Notes under the pieces: model-generated
What the model saw: only the letters and a program-made list of their open reading frames with translations
The model's database searches: none
Told to the model about the DNA's origin: nothing
Shown: positions 28,008-37,868 of the stretch, piece by piece
How positions within the stretch are numbered: position 1 is the first letter of the stretch
Layout of the letters: every line of letters begins with the position of its first letter
Source: an uncultured archaeon
GTDB lineage: Archaea > Asgardarchaeota > Heimdallarchaeia > Heimdallarchaeales > Heimdallarchaeaceae
Direction: 5' to 3'
Assembly: GCA_964549075.1 (NCBI GenBank)
Contig: CAZJUB010000005.1
Coordinates: 3,103-67,102, forward strand
DNA: 64,000 nt
Translations under genes and position numbers: made by a program

Positions 28008-29923
28008 TGGGACACTTTATTAGAGCTATGGCTAGAGAGGAAGAACATCGTGAGAAGAAGTATTCTGATTGGGTTCTTTTCAAACGAATCTTTAGTGTAT
28101 TTGGATACTATAAATCAGAAGCTTTTTCTGTGCTTACTATAGTAATCACTTTTTCTGTTTTTACAACTACAATTCCGTTATTATTAGCTAAAATTATCGA
28201 TCTTTTTATCACACCGTTTGCAAAATCAAGCGCATATATTGTAAAATATCTCAATTCATTCACTTATTATAGTTCTTTACATAATTCGTTAATACAAAGT
28301 AAACTTGAGATTATAGCTCCTACTGCTTCACAACAAAATCTGAATGCTATTATAATAATTGGGAGTATGTACCTGCTATTTATGGTACTTAATTTTGTAC
28401 TGATACTAGCAAGAACTGTCTTCTTTGCTCGTTTAGGTCAAAAGATGATCTATAGAATAAGAAACGATCTTTTTTCTAAATTACAATATCTTTCTTTTGA
28501 TTATTTTACTGAAATAGAATCAGGAAGAACCATTTCTAAATTAACAAACGATGTAGATGCTCTTGGAGAATTATTGACGACAGGAATTATAGATATTTTT
28601 GCAGATTTTGTTAGTTTAATTTGGATTTTAGCTTTAATGTTCATTCTTGATGTACAAATGACACTTTTTACTCTCACAGTTATACCAGTTTTGATAGTTA
28701 TAGCATTTATTTTTCAAAAGAGAGTACGTTCTGCTTATAGAAGAACAAGAGTTGCTATTGCTCAAGTTACCGCTAATCTACAGGAAACCATTTCAGGTGT
28801 TAAAGTAACAAAAGCTCTTTCTAGAGAAGAGAAAAATATTCAAAATTTTAAAGGTTTAAACCAGGAGAATTATTCTGCTAATATACAAGCTGCGAGCGTT
28901 TCATCTTTATTTATGCCAATTATCCAGATTATTGCAGCATTAGGAAGTACTATTGTTATAGTATATGGTGGATATGCAGTGATAACGACAGGATCTATAA
29001 CATTAGGAGTGTTGTATGCTTTTCTAGAATACTCAAATAGATTTTTTATGCCAGTTATTAGTTTGTTTACATTTTATACTACAATACAATCAGGATTTGC
29101 AAGTGCAGAAAGAATATTTGAGATTCTTGATGAAGAACCATCTGTTAAGAACGTTGAAAAACCTATTTATCCTGAGAAGATAAAAGGTCATTTGAAATTA
29201 GATAATGTCCATTTCAGATATACTGAAAATGTACCTATACTCAAGGATATCAATCTTGAAATTGTGCCAGGAAAAAGCATAGCTCTTGTCGGGCAAACTG
29301 GTGCTGGAAAAACCACCATTACTAAATTACTTTCACGATATTATGATGTAACTGATGGAAATTTGTATGTTGATGGATTAAATATTAAAGATATAGATTT
29401 AGAAACTCTAAGAAAAAATATTGCTGTAGTTCCTCAAGATGTTTATTTGTTTAGCGGATCAATAATGGATAATCTGAAATTCGGAAAGAAGGATGCTTCA
29501 GATAAAGAAGTTTACGATATATGTTTGATTTTAGGATTGCATGACTACATATTAAGACTTCCTGAAGGTTATGATACAGATGTTAAAGAAGGAGGTGCTA
29601 GGTTGTCACTTGGTCAGAGACAACTGATATCGCTTGCAAGAGCTGTTGTAGCAGATCCAAGTATACTTATTTTGGATGAATGTAGTAGCTCTGTTGACCC
29701 AATAACTGAAGCGTTAATACAGAAAGGTATTAACTATATTTTGAGAGATAGAACTTCAATAATAATTGCACATAGGTTAAGTACCATTAAAAATGTCTCA
29801 CAAATAGTAGTTCTAGATGATGGAGAGATTGTTGAAATAGGTTCTCATAATGAATTGATGAAAAATAAAGGAAAATATCACGATTTATATGAGACACAGT
29901 TAACAAGCAATGTAATAACCTAA
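28007..29923 (+). CDS. ABC exporter, fused permease-ATPase, subunit 2 (heterodimer partner)
   Basis: Walker A GQTGAGKTT, signature LSLGQRQL, Walker B ILILDECSSSVD. The ATG overlaps the upstream stop by 1 nt. Confidence 0.85.
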   Translation: MGHFIRAMAREEEHREKKYSDWVLFKRIFSVFGYYKSEAFSVLTIVITFSVFTTTIPLLLAKIIDLFITPFAKSSAYIVKYLNSFTYYSSLHNSLIQSKLEIIAPTASQQNLNAIIIIGSMYLLFMVLNFVLILARTVFFARLGQKMIYRIRNDLFSKLQYLSFDYFTEIESGRTISKLTNDVDALGELLTTGIIDIFADFVSLIWILALMFILDVQMTLFTLTVIPVLIVIAFIFQKRVRSAYRRTRVAIAQVTANLQETISGVKVTKALSREEKNIQNFKGLNQENYSANIQAASVSSLFMPIIQIIAALGSTIVIVYGGYAVITTGSITLGVLYAFLEYSNRFFMPVISLFTFYTTIQSGFASAERIFEILDEEPSVKNVEKPIYPEKIKGHLKLDNVHFRYTENVPILKDINLEIVPGKSIALVGQTGAGKTTITKLLSRYYDVTDGNLYVDGLNIKDIDLETLRKNIAVVPQDVYLFSGSIMDNLKFGKKDASDKEVYDICLILGLHDYILRLPEGYDTDVKEGGARLSLGQRQLISLARAVVADPSILILDECSSSVDPITEALIQKGINYILRDRTSIIIAHRLSTIKNVSQIVVLDDGEIVEIGSHNELMKNKGKYHDLYETQLTSNVIT

Positions 29924-29983
29924 CGATATCTTCATTTCAAAATCCTTTTTATAGTAACATTTTACACTATCCATGAATGTAAT

Positions 29984-31837
29984 ATGGCAAGAGTAGAAGA
30001 ACTTATAGCTAATAAGAAGGGGAGGGTTCTTTGTCTAGGTAATGAGGCTATAGCTCGAGGAGCAATAGAATCAGGTGTCCAAATCTTCGCAGCTTATCCT
30101 GGTACTCCAAGTAGTGAAGTAAGTAATGCTCTTATTGCAGCAGCACCAAAACTAGGTTATTATGCTGAATGGAGTACAAATGAGAAAGTCGCATTTGAAA
30201 CAGCATTTGCAGCTTCCATAACAGGAGTTCGAGCAATGACTGCATGCAAACATGTAGGAATAAATGTATTAGCAGATGCACTGTTTAGTGCTGCATATAT
30301 GGGAACCACTGGTGGTTTTGTTGTTTTAGTCGCTGACGATCCTAATTGTTTTAGTAGTCAAAATGAACAAGATTCTAGGTGGCTTGGAGTTACTGCTCAA
30401 GTTCCAGTACTTGAACCTTCCAATCCTCAAGAAGCTAAAGAATTTACTAAATTAGCTTTTACGATTAGTGAGAAATTTGAACAGATTATAATTTTAAGAT
30501 CAACAACTAGAATTTCTCATGCTAGAGCTGATATTGAATTTAATGAATTTGAATCCAATTTCAGAGAAGGAAAATTTGAAAAAAGTTTGAGATATATATG
30601 TTTACCTGCTCTAGCTAGAGCTAATCATCCAAAACTTGTAGCAAAATTAGAAGAAATTAAGGAATGGATCCCTGAAAGTGGATTATCAATTATAGAAGGA
30701 CCAGATGATAATGAATATGGTGTAATTACTAGTGGTATATCCTATAGTTATCTAAAAGATGCATTAGCACTTTTGGAGAAAGATATACCAATACTTAAAC
30801 TTGGTATGATCGCTCCACTTGATGAACAAACTATACTTGAATTTGCTAAAAACAAGAAGAACATTATATTTATTGAGGAAGTTGATTCATATCTAGAAGA
30901 TCGAATCAGTGCGCTTCTTCTACAAAATGGCCTTAATCCAAAGATACACGGTAAATGTACAAATATAACTAATAGATACCACGAACTAAATTCTAGACTT
31001 GTAGCTGAAGCTTTACAGGGAGTTATCGGAGGTGAATTAGAATCGGTTTCAGAGATCAACGCGATTTCTGAAGAGACTAAGGAATTTGTTCCTTTCAGAC
31101 CACCACTTTTCTGTCCAGGATGTCAACACAGAGCAGCCTTCTGGGAACTATCCAAAGTTGTTAGAAAGAACAAAGGGATATTTGCTTCAGATATAGGATG
31201 CTATTCTTTAGATCCTTGGGTTACAGATACAATTCTATGTATGGGTGGTGGGATAAGCATGGCAAATGGATTTGCACGTGTTATCACAGATAAACCTATC
31301 TTTGCATTTATCGGAGATAGTACCTTCTTCCACACTGGTTTGCCTGCTTTAGCAAATGCTGTTTATCAGAAAGCAAATATCAACATTTTAGTTCTTGATA
31401 ATAGAATGACTGCAATGACTGGATTTCAACCAAATCCAACTGAAATGTTAGATATAGCTGATGTAGCTAAAGCTTTAGGGGTTGAATACGTAGTAGAATT
31501 TGATCCTTACGATTTTGAGAAAGGTAAGAAAACATTTGAAGACGCTTTGAAGCATGAGGGGCCTACTGTAATTATAATGAGAAAGATATGTGCAAACGAG
31601 TGGTGGAGACAAACCAGAAGAAGAGGAGAAAAAATAGAAGTATATACCATTGATCCTGAAACATGTACTGCTTGTGGCACTTGTTTGGTTCAATATCAAT
31701 GTCCTGCAATTCACTGGAGTATAGATACCAATTCTAAAGGTAAGAACTATTCAGTAATCGATCCATCAATGTGTACAGGCTGTGGTGTTTGCGCCCAGAT
31801 ATGTCCTTTTGAGGCTATTTCAAAGGTGGTGGACTAG
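29984..31837 (+). CDS. iorA: Indolepyruvate:ferredoxin oxidoreductase alpha subunit
   Basis: 617 aa. CPGCQHRA, the GDSTFFHTG TPP-binding region, and two C-terminal 4Fe-4S motifs (CTACGTCLVQYQCP, CTGCGVCAQICP). Confidence 0.8.
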   Translation: MARVEELIANKKGRVLCLGNEAIARGAIESGVQIFAAYPGTPSSEVSNALIAAAPKLGYYAEWSTNEKVAFETAFAASITGVRAMTACKHVGINVLADALFSAAYMGTTGGFVVLVADDPNCFSSQNEQDSRWLGVTAQVPVLEPSNPQEAKEFTKLAFTISEKFEQIIILRSTTRISHARADIEFNEFESNFREGKFEKSLRYICLPALARANHPKLVAKLEEIKEWIPESGLSIIEGPDDNEYGVITSGISYSYLKDALALLEKDIPILKLGMIAPLDEQTILEFAKNKKNIIFIEEVDSYLEDRISALLLQNGLNPKIHGKCTNITNRYHELNSRLVAEALQGVIGGELESVSEINAISEETKEFVPFRPPLFCPGCQHRAAFWELSKVVRKNKGIFASDIGCYSLDPWVTDTILCMGGGISMANGFARVITDKPIFAFIGDSTFFHTGLPALANAVYQKANINILVLDNRMTAMTGFQPNPTEMLDIADVAKALGVEYVVEFDPYDFEKGKKTFEDALKHEGPTVIIMRKICANEWWRQTRRRGEKIEVYTIDPETCTACGTCLVQYQCPAIHWSIDTNSKGKNYSVIDPSMCTGCGVCAQICPFEAISKVVD

Positions 31838-32440
31838 ATGGTTGACACTTATCAAATGATAGTATGTGGTGTCGGTGGTCAAGGAATTCTTACAATAACT
31901 GATATCATCGTCATGGCAGCTCAAGAAAAAGGACTAAGAGTGTTAGGTTCAGAAGTACATGGAATGGCTCAAAAGGGAGGTTCTGTTGTAACGAACCTAA
32001 AGATAGGAAAAGAGTTGTACTCTCCTGTTACACCTATAGGTAGCTGCAAAGTACTCATTGGATTAGAACAGAATGAAACACTTAGATACTTAAAGTACCT
32101 GAAACCTGGAGGATTTGTATTAACTTCAACAACTGTATTGTTTCCAATTGTATGGAAAAAGGACAAGAAAGCAGCTCAATTAGCAAGAGAGAAAATAGAA
32201 GAAAACTTGGCAAAATATAAAGCAAAAATAGTTCGAATCGATGCTGAAAAACTAGCTATCGAAGCTGGTTTAGCATTAGCTCAGAACATAGTATTACTAG
32301 GAGCATTATCTCAAGTAGAAGGATTTCCTTTAACTGTAGAAGAACTTAAAGTAGCTCTAAAACAGAGAGTACCAGCTAAATATCTTGAAGAAAATATAAA
32401 AGCATTCGAGTTAGGAATAAATGCAATTTCTAACTCCTAA
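31838..32440 (+). CDS. iorB: Indolepyruvate:ferredoxin oxidoreductase beta subunit
   Basis: 200 aa. MIVCGVGGQGILT N-terminus typical of the OFOR gamma-type domain. ATG immediately follows the iorA stop. Confidence 0.75.
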   Translation: MVDTYQMIVCGVGGQGILTITDIIVMAAQEKGLRVLGSEVHGMAQKGGSVVTNLKIGKELYSPVTPIGSCKVLIGLEQNETLRYLKYLKPGGFVLTSTTVLFPIVWKKDKKAAQLAREKIEENLAKYKAKIVRIDAEKLAIEAGLALAQNIVLLGALSQVEGFPLTVEELKVALKQRVPAKYLEENIKAFELGINAISNS

Positions 32441-32497
32441 TTACTTTTTATCGTGCATGATAACTATTCTGAATTATTAGTTCGTATTAATAAGAAA

Positions 32498-32809
32498 CTA
32501 TTTTTCCTCGTCTGGTAATTGTACAGGTTCAATTATCTTCTCACCTGCAACAGCCTCATCAACAGAATGTATGGAAGAGCCATAATCACGAAGTGTTTCT
32601 TGAATTTCATCAAATACAAGGTTGTCACCTTCTATAGTAACATTGATCCCTTCTGTACTCGAATCAGTTTCAGTTCTAAAAATATTTACTGATACTACAC
32701 CAGGTAATTCAGCAATAGCAGAAGCCAAGACATCAATTCTCGGTTGATGAGGTTTTAAAACATCTAATACAAGTCTTCTTATCCGAACAGTTCTAGAGGG
32801 CGTAACCAT
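32498..32809 (-). CDS. DUF211 family protein
   Basis: IRRLVLDVLKPHQP...LA..I.ELPGV..VNI......D..TE.I.VTIEG..L.FDEI...L...G.SIHSVDEV pattern of archaeal DUF211 proteins (from memory). Confidence 0.6.
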   Translation of the reverse strand: MVTPSRTVRIRRLVLDVLKPHQPRIDVLASAIAELPGVVSVNIFRTETDSSTEGINVTIEGDNLVFDEIQETLRDYGSSIHSVDEAVAGEKIIEPVQLPDEEK

Positions 32810-33002
32810 CTTTATTTCACAATTTGCGATAATTTAACTACTTGAATTTTTATTTCTTTAATTCTTAAACTTTTAGATACCTAAATTTAGACGTTTTTAA
32901 TATAAAAAATCAGAAACATTTTGATTACCATAACGAAAAACAATATTAATTATAGTAAAGAATAAGAAGTGGGAACTCCCAATAACTTTGTACAACAACG
33001 TG

Positions 33003-36000
33003 ATGAGGTCTATGTCAAAAAAATTTCCTTATGATATATGGATATCTGCAGGGAGTGATGCAGGTATCAGTTTTGCAACAATAGGACGTTTAGCAAAAGA
33101 TTCAAGCATGATGCAAGGTATACTTCTTTCTCTACAATCATTGATGACAACTGAAGTTAATGTGAGTAATTCACAATTTATGACAGGAGAAAATGAATAT
33201 GTAAAATTCGGTACATTTACTCTTGCTGAACAAGTTGAAAATGTTGTTGTTCAATATGTTGTTAAATCAGATCAACCGAATAAATTAACAAAGGAAGACG
33301 AAAAATTAGTTCAAGAATTGGCACTTTCATTCTGTAGATTTATAATTTTAACTCCTAAATTCCATCAGCATCTTGCTACAGGGAGAATGATCTCTCCAGA
33401 TAATGTATCCAAAGCTTTTCTTAAAGCATGTACAATTGCAAAACAGAAAATTTCTGTTCAAAAAAATAATAAAGGATTGTTAGATTTAATCGATAAGAAC
33501 CTCAGAGATTTAGAGAAAGATAGTATCAAATATCCAACAATTGCGCAATTGAGAGATCTGAGAGAGTGGATAGGAGAGGATGAAAATTCGTGGGAAAATG
33601 GGGCTTTAGTCACATTTAAACGACAATTACTTGTGCAAATGGTAGCACAAGATATTCTTAATCAAATCATCACAGAAGATCCGTTTGTTCTGATTGAATA
33701 TGGAACACCTCGATATGTTATTGAAGAGATTAGAAACCACATTGAAAAATATTTGAGAGGAAGAGAAATCAAACCAAAAGAATTGGTTGATCAATATCTA
33801 ACTAAAAATCTGGATAAGAAGGTAAAAGCTCAACTAAAGAAGTTAACAATAGATGAGATTCATTCATCTAACTCATTCATAGCTCATAATTTAGCTAAAG
33901 AAGTGATATTCTCACTCTCTAAGGAAGATCCTATCTGTGCTTTAATTGATTTTAGAAATGTAGATCTTTACTCTACTATTAGAAATGAAATTGGGATAGC
34001 AACTGAAGTTCCAAATCCAGGGGATTTAATTTGTAATGCACTGATAGAAGATGTAACACCTTTAGCTCTCCAAAGCGCAAGATTATTCTTTAATCAGCTG
34101 ATAAAACCATTTGAAGGAAGAAGGCTTCCTAAAAGTATTTGGAATGTTATTGTAGATTTTTCGTTCTCTATTTTAGATGAAAAGAAAATAAAACCTGTCA
34201 AAAAGAAAAATGGTAAAGATAAGAGTACAGGAATAGGAATAAAAAGAGATTTAGTTAAAGAACGAGTATCAAAATTATCAGTTATTCAAAATGGATGGTT
34301 GAAAGAACTTGCAAAGAAATTTGAAGAAATGGGTATTGGAAAGCAATTACAGATTTCCAATGTTGAAGAATCTGTTGTTTTTGCTAGTGCACTTGAAAAA
34401 GCTATAATCACAACTCTTGAAAAAATTGTAAAAGACCAGCTATTCAACTCAAGCTTAGGTGATATCTTTGCATATATGGTAAATTCTTTCAAGGATATAG
34501 CACCTAAAACAGTTTTTGTGAATATTTTAGAAGGTATTATGGAAGATCTCAAAAAACGGAAATATGATACACCTACACAAATGGCACTAAACTCTAGAGA
34601 TCTTATACGTTCAGCTTTAGAGGAAGGAGCCATAAAAGCACATGTAAATTCTGTTCCTGTTCAGCTGAAGAAGTCCTTCTTCAAAGGAAGTTACTTGAAA
34701 TTTGATGGACGAAGAATCTCTGCAGCTGAAATTATCCAAAAACAAGGGGTCACACTAAATATCGGTAATAAAGTAATGCCACTTAGAGATGCAGAGAAAG
34801 ATGCAGAATTTCTAACAACTTGTTTCTTAAACTCAAAAATCATGAAAAGATCATATCCAAAAGCTATTCTTCGTGGAATGATTGAATCTTATCTTCAACA
34901 GATGTTCCATTTTGAAGGTGAAGTATACAACCAACTGGACACTTTAATAACTGTCTTCAACAGAGAAGTCGCAACAAAACTAACACCAGCACATCGTCTT
35001 CCAGATATACAGAATAGTTTTCCATCATTTCCAATTATCAGAAATATTCCACAAAGATTTACAGGTAAGAATTTTCACGAGAGATGTCAAGAAAGTTGGA
35101 ATATGTATGCGCCTAAAATTCACAAGGTACTTCAGGATTTACTTTCTGGTTTCTCATCTCTGAAATCTAAAGATTCCAATTACAAGAAGAAGGCAATGAA
35201 ACTCTATACTACTGCAATTAAGGAATTGAAAGATATTCGAAAAAACCTAATTAAAAATTGGAGTCCTTTGAACGATCAAATGACTAAAATGGTTGAAAAC
35301 TGGTCTAATGAGGTAAGTGTTGATTTATCCTCTCATCTTGATACAGTCAATAAGAAAGCTCATACGTGGCTTGGAAATGAATTCAAGATTCAGAAGTTAG
35401 AATATGGCAAGTTTACTATCTCTGAAAAGCAAGGTCTGAAAGAAATAATAGATACTGTAAATCAATTAAATCCTCATGAGATTGCTGATCTTCCTAAAAA
35501 TTTCATGGAGATAGCTATTTCTATATTACTTTATCGAAGAATTCCCGAATATGTGATAGATGAATCATATACACAAATGATTAGTGGTGAAAAAAAGGTT
35601 GCTGATTCAGTCTTAAAAGCTTGGAGTAGAAGTCGTTCAAGGAAGGAATTTGAGAACAATCTTTATCTTAACATGCGCTCACTTGGAAATACTTTTACTA
35701 AAATGATTAACACATATGGGAGACTTACAAGTACTTTGTTTGTTGAAAATGATTTAGAACTTTCAAGTGACATCAATGGATATTATATCGTTTTAGGAAG
35801 CCTTCCTAAAGAGATCTATTCTACAAAAAATGGTGTTTTAGATATCATTAAATTCCCAAATGTTGAAGTCGCGAGTCATCCTAAAGATTGGGAAATAAGA
35901 TTGTACTTAGAGCCAGGTTATAAAAGAGATATGGATGAATATAGAGACAAATTGATTGTGATGAGTGATATCATAGGTTTTGTAGCTAGAAAGAAGTTCG

Positions 36001-36161
36001 ATGAAAATATTGGTCCTGTTCTTGAAGGAATAAAAGCAGTAATTTCATACCTAATTGAAAATGGTGAAACAAATGTTATAGACCTTACAGAGACAATAAA
36101 AGAAGCACTCTTTAGGTTGTCTGAATATCCAACTACAATTGCTGAAGAAAAAGAGAAATAA
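33003..36161 (+). CDS. Large (about 1050 aa) uncharacterised cytosolic protein
   Basis: Long uninterrupted ORF with no TM segments or signal peptide. K/E-rich helical middle. Both ends show alpha/beta patterns (see findings). Track start is TTG 32988; ATGs at 33003 and 33012. Confidence 0.6.
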   Translation: MRSMSKKFPYDIWISAGSDAGISFATIGRLAKDSSMMQGILLSLQSLMTTEVNVSNSQFMTGENEYVKFGTFTLAEQVENVVVQYVVKSDQPNKLTKEDEKLVQELALSFCRFIILTPKFHQHLATGRMISPDNVSKAFLKACTIAKQKISVQKNNKGLLDLIDKNLRDLEKDSIKYPTIAQLRDLREWIGEDENSWENGALVTFKRQLLVQMVAQDILNQIITEDPFVLIEYGTPRYVIEEIRNHIEKYLRGREIKPKELVDQYLTKNLDKKVKAQLKKLTIDEIHSSNSFIAHNLAKEVIFSLSKEDPICALIDFRNVDLYSTIRNEIGIATEVPNPGDLICNALIEDVTPLALQSARLFFNQLIKPFEGRRLPKSIWNVIVDFSFSILDEKKIKPVKKKNGKDKSTGIGIKRDLVKERVSKLSVIQNGWLKELAKKFEEMGIGKQLQISNVEESVVFASALEKAIITTLEKIVKDQLFNSSLGDIFAYMVNSFKDIAPKTVFVNILEGIMEDLKKRKYDTPTQMALNSRDLIRSALEEGAIKAHVNSVPVQLKKSFFKGSYLKFDGRRISAAEIIQKQGVTLNIGNKVMPLRDAEKDAEFLTTCFLNSKIMKRSYPKAILRGMIESYLQQMFHFEGEVYNQLDTLITVFNREVATKLTPAHRLPDIQNSFPSFPIIRNIPQRFTGKNFHERCQESWNMYAPKIHKVLQDLLSGFSSLKSKDSNYKKKAMKLYTTAIKELKDIRKNLIKNWSPLNDQMTKMVENWSNEVSVDLSSHLDTVNKKAHTWLGNEFKIQKLEYGKFTISEKQGLKEIIDTVNQLNPHEIADLPKNFMEIAISILLYRRIPEYVIDESYTQMISGEKKVADSVLKAWSRSRSRKEFENNLYLNMRSLGNTFTKMINTYGRLTSTLFVENDLELSSDINGYYIVLGSLPKEIYSTKNGVLDIIKFPNVEVASHPKDWEIRLYLEPGYKRDMDEYRDKLIVMSDIIGFVARKKFDENIGPVLEGIKAVISYLIENGETNVIDLTETIKEALFRLSEYPTTIAEEKEK

Positions 36162-36197
36162 ATCATTTTTAAATACTGATAAATTATTTAATAGCAC

Positions 36198-36923
36198 TTA
36201 TTTAGGATTTCTAGGGCCGAATATTGCTGTTCCAACTCTAATTAAATTTGAACCTTCTTCAATAGCAATTTCATAATCACTAGACATACCCATTGAGAGA
36301 AAACAATTATCTGTTTCAAGGGAATGTAAAAACTTCTTTTGATATATTGAATAGGTTTTTGAGAAAAATTTTCTTAGCCAATCAGGAGAATTTTCATATT
36401 GGAGAGGAGCTATTGTCATTAGACCCCGAACCTCGATAGAGGTGTATTTTTTTACTATTTCTAAGAATTTTAATAATTCTTTTTCAGTCAAACCTTTTAA
36501 ATTCTCAACGTCACTGAAATCAACCTGAAAAAAAATGGGATATAATTTGTTATTACTCTCAGAGTATTTATTCAATAATGAAAGGATTTGTTCAGATTCT
36601 ACACTTTCGACTAAATCACATTTTTCAACTGCAAATTTGGTTTTATTGGATTGTAATTGTCCAATAACGTGAATAACAGTAGAAGGTTTGTGGTTTCGTA
36701 TTGCACCAATTTTTCTTTTAAATTCTGTTCCAACTATCTCACCTATGTGAGTTAAACCACTATCAAGAGCAGGTTGAATTCTAGCCATTTCAATTCTTTT
36801 TGTAACACCAACAATAGTAATATCAGATAAGTCCCTACCAGAAATACTTGCACTTTTTTCAACCTTCCTAAGAACTTCTTGGTAATTTGATTTAACATCT
36901 ATTTCATATGTAAAATCTGACAT
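36198..36923 (-). CDS. YggS-family PLP-binding protein (alanine racemase N-terminal fold)
   Basis: IVGVTKR (PLP lysine), HIGEI, GQLQSNKTK, RGLMTIAP, LSMGMSSDYEIAIEEGSNLIRVGTAIFG. Confidence 0.8.
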   Translation of the reverse strand: MSDFTYEIDVKSNYQEVLRKVEKSASISGRDLSDITIVGVTKRIEMARIQPALDSGLTHIGEIVGTEFKRKIGAIRNHKPSTVIHVIGQLQSNKTKFAVEKCDLVESVESEQILSLLNKYSESNNKLYPIFFQVDFSDVENLKGLTEKELLKFLEIVKKYTSIEVRGLMTIAPLQYENSPDWLRKFFSKTYSIYQKKFLHSLETDNCFLSMGMSSDYEIAIEEGSNLIRVGTAIFGPRNPK

Positions 36924-36959
36924 CTTGTAAAAGTTACAAACACATCAAAAAAAGGATTA

Positions 36960-37766
36960 CTATAGAGAGAGATTTTCTTTTTCAAATAATACTCTTCCTT
37001 CCATTCCTCCATGTACCATTATTGTGTTTCCTGAGATGTGACCAGCTGAATGATCAGAGAGTAAGTACACTACTGCTCTAGCTACGTCTTCTGGTTTAGC
37101 TATTTTTTTCATGGGAATAGTCTGAAGTATCTTTCTAACAGTTTCCTTATCTTCTAAAGATTTTTCTGCCATTTCTGTTAAAACCCATCCGGGAGCAACT
37201 GTGTTCACTCTTCCAAATGGTGCGTAATTTACAATCTCATTCTTCCAAGTATTTGTTAGACCATATTGTAACGCAGCTTTAGTTGCAGAATAATCAGCAT
37301 GTCCTGCTTCACCAAACAATCCTGCAGTGGAACCGATTAAAACTAAAGATGCGTTATTATCAGGATACTTTTGTAGATTCTTGAAAAACGCTTTCACACA
37401 GAGAAAAACACCTGTAAGATTTACATCTAATGTATTTTGCCATTGTTCTAATTCTAATTCAGCTGTGAGTTTAGGAGAAGGTGACCAAACTCCTGCATTT
37501 GCTACTAATCCGTCTATTCTTCCAAAGTGATTATTAGCTTTAGAGAATATTTCCAATACTTCCTCCTCTTCTCTCAAATCTCCTTTTAGTAAGACGACTT
37601 TTCCCTCAATATATCGATTTTGCAGTTCTTGAGCCATTTTAATATTCTTATGATAATGAATCGATATTTTTGAACCTTCAAGAATTAAATGTTCTATTAT
37701 AGAACGCCCAATACCACCAGTTCCTCCTGTAACTAAAATATGTTTATCTTTAAGTTGTAAATCCAT
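36960..37766 (-). CDS. Short-chain dehydrogenase/reductase (FabG-like)
   Basis: VTGGTGGIGRSI (TGxxxGxG), ANAG, YSATK (YxxxK), PGWVLT. Confidence 0.85.
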   Translation of the reverse strand: MDLQLKDKHILVTGGTGGIGRSIIEHLILEGSKISIHYHKNIKMAQELQNRYIEGKVVLLKGDLREEEEVLEIFSKANNHFGRIDGLVANAGVWSPSPKLTAELELEQWQNTLDVNLTGVFLCVKAFFKNLQKYPDNNASLVLIGSTAGLFGEAGHADYSATKAALQYGLTNTWKNEIVNYAPFGRVNTVAPGWVLTEMAEKSLEDKETVRKILQTIPMKKIAKPEDVARAVVYLLSDHSAGHISGNTIMVHGGMEGRVLFEKENLSL

Positions 37767-37868
37767 GATTAAAAAAAGAGCTAGTGGATTTTAAATCTAT
37801 TTGAGATTAAACTTATCTTCAATAGTATATCTTTATATTCTTTCAAGTATCACAAATTAACGATTAGT

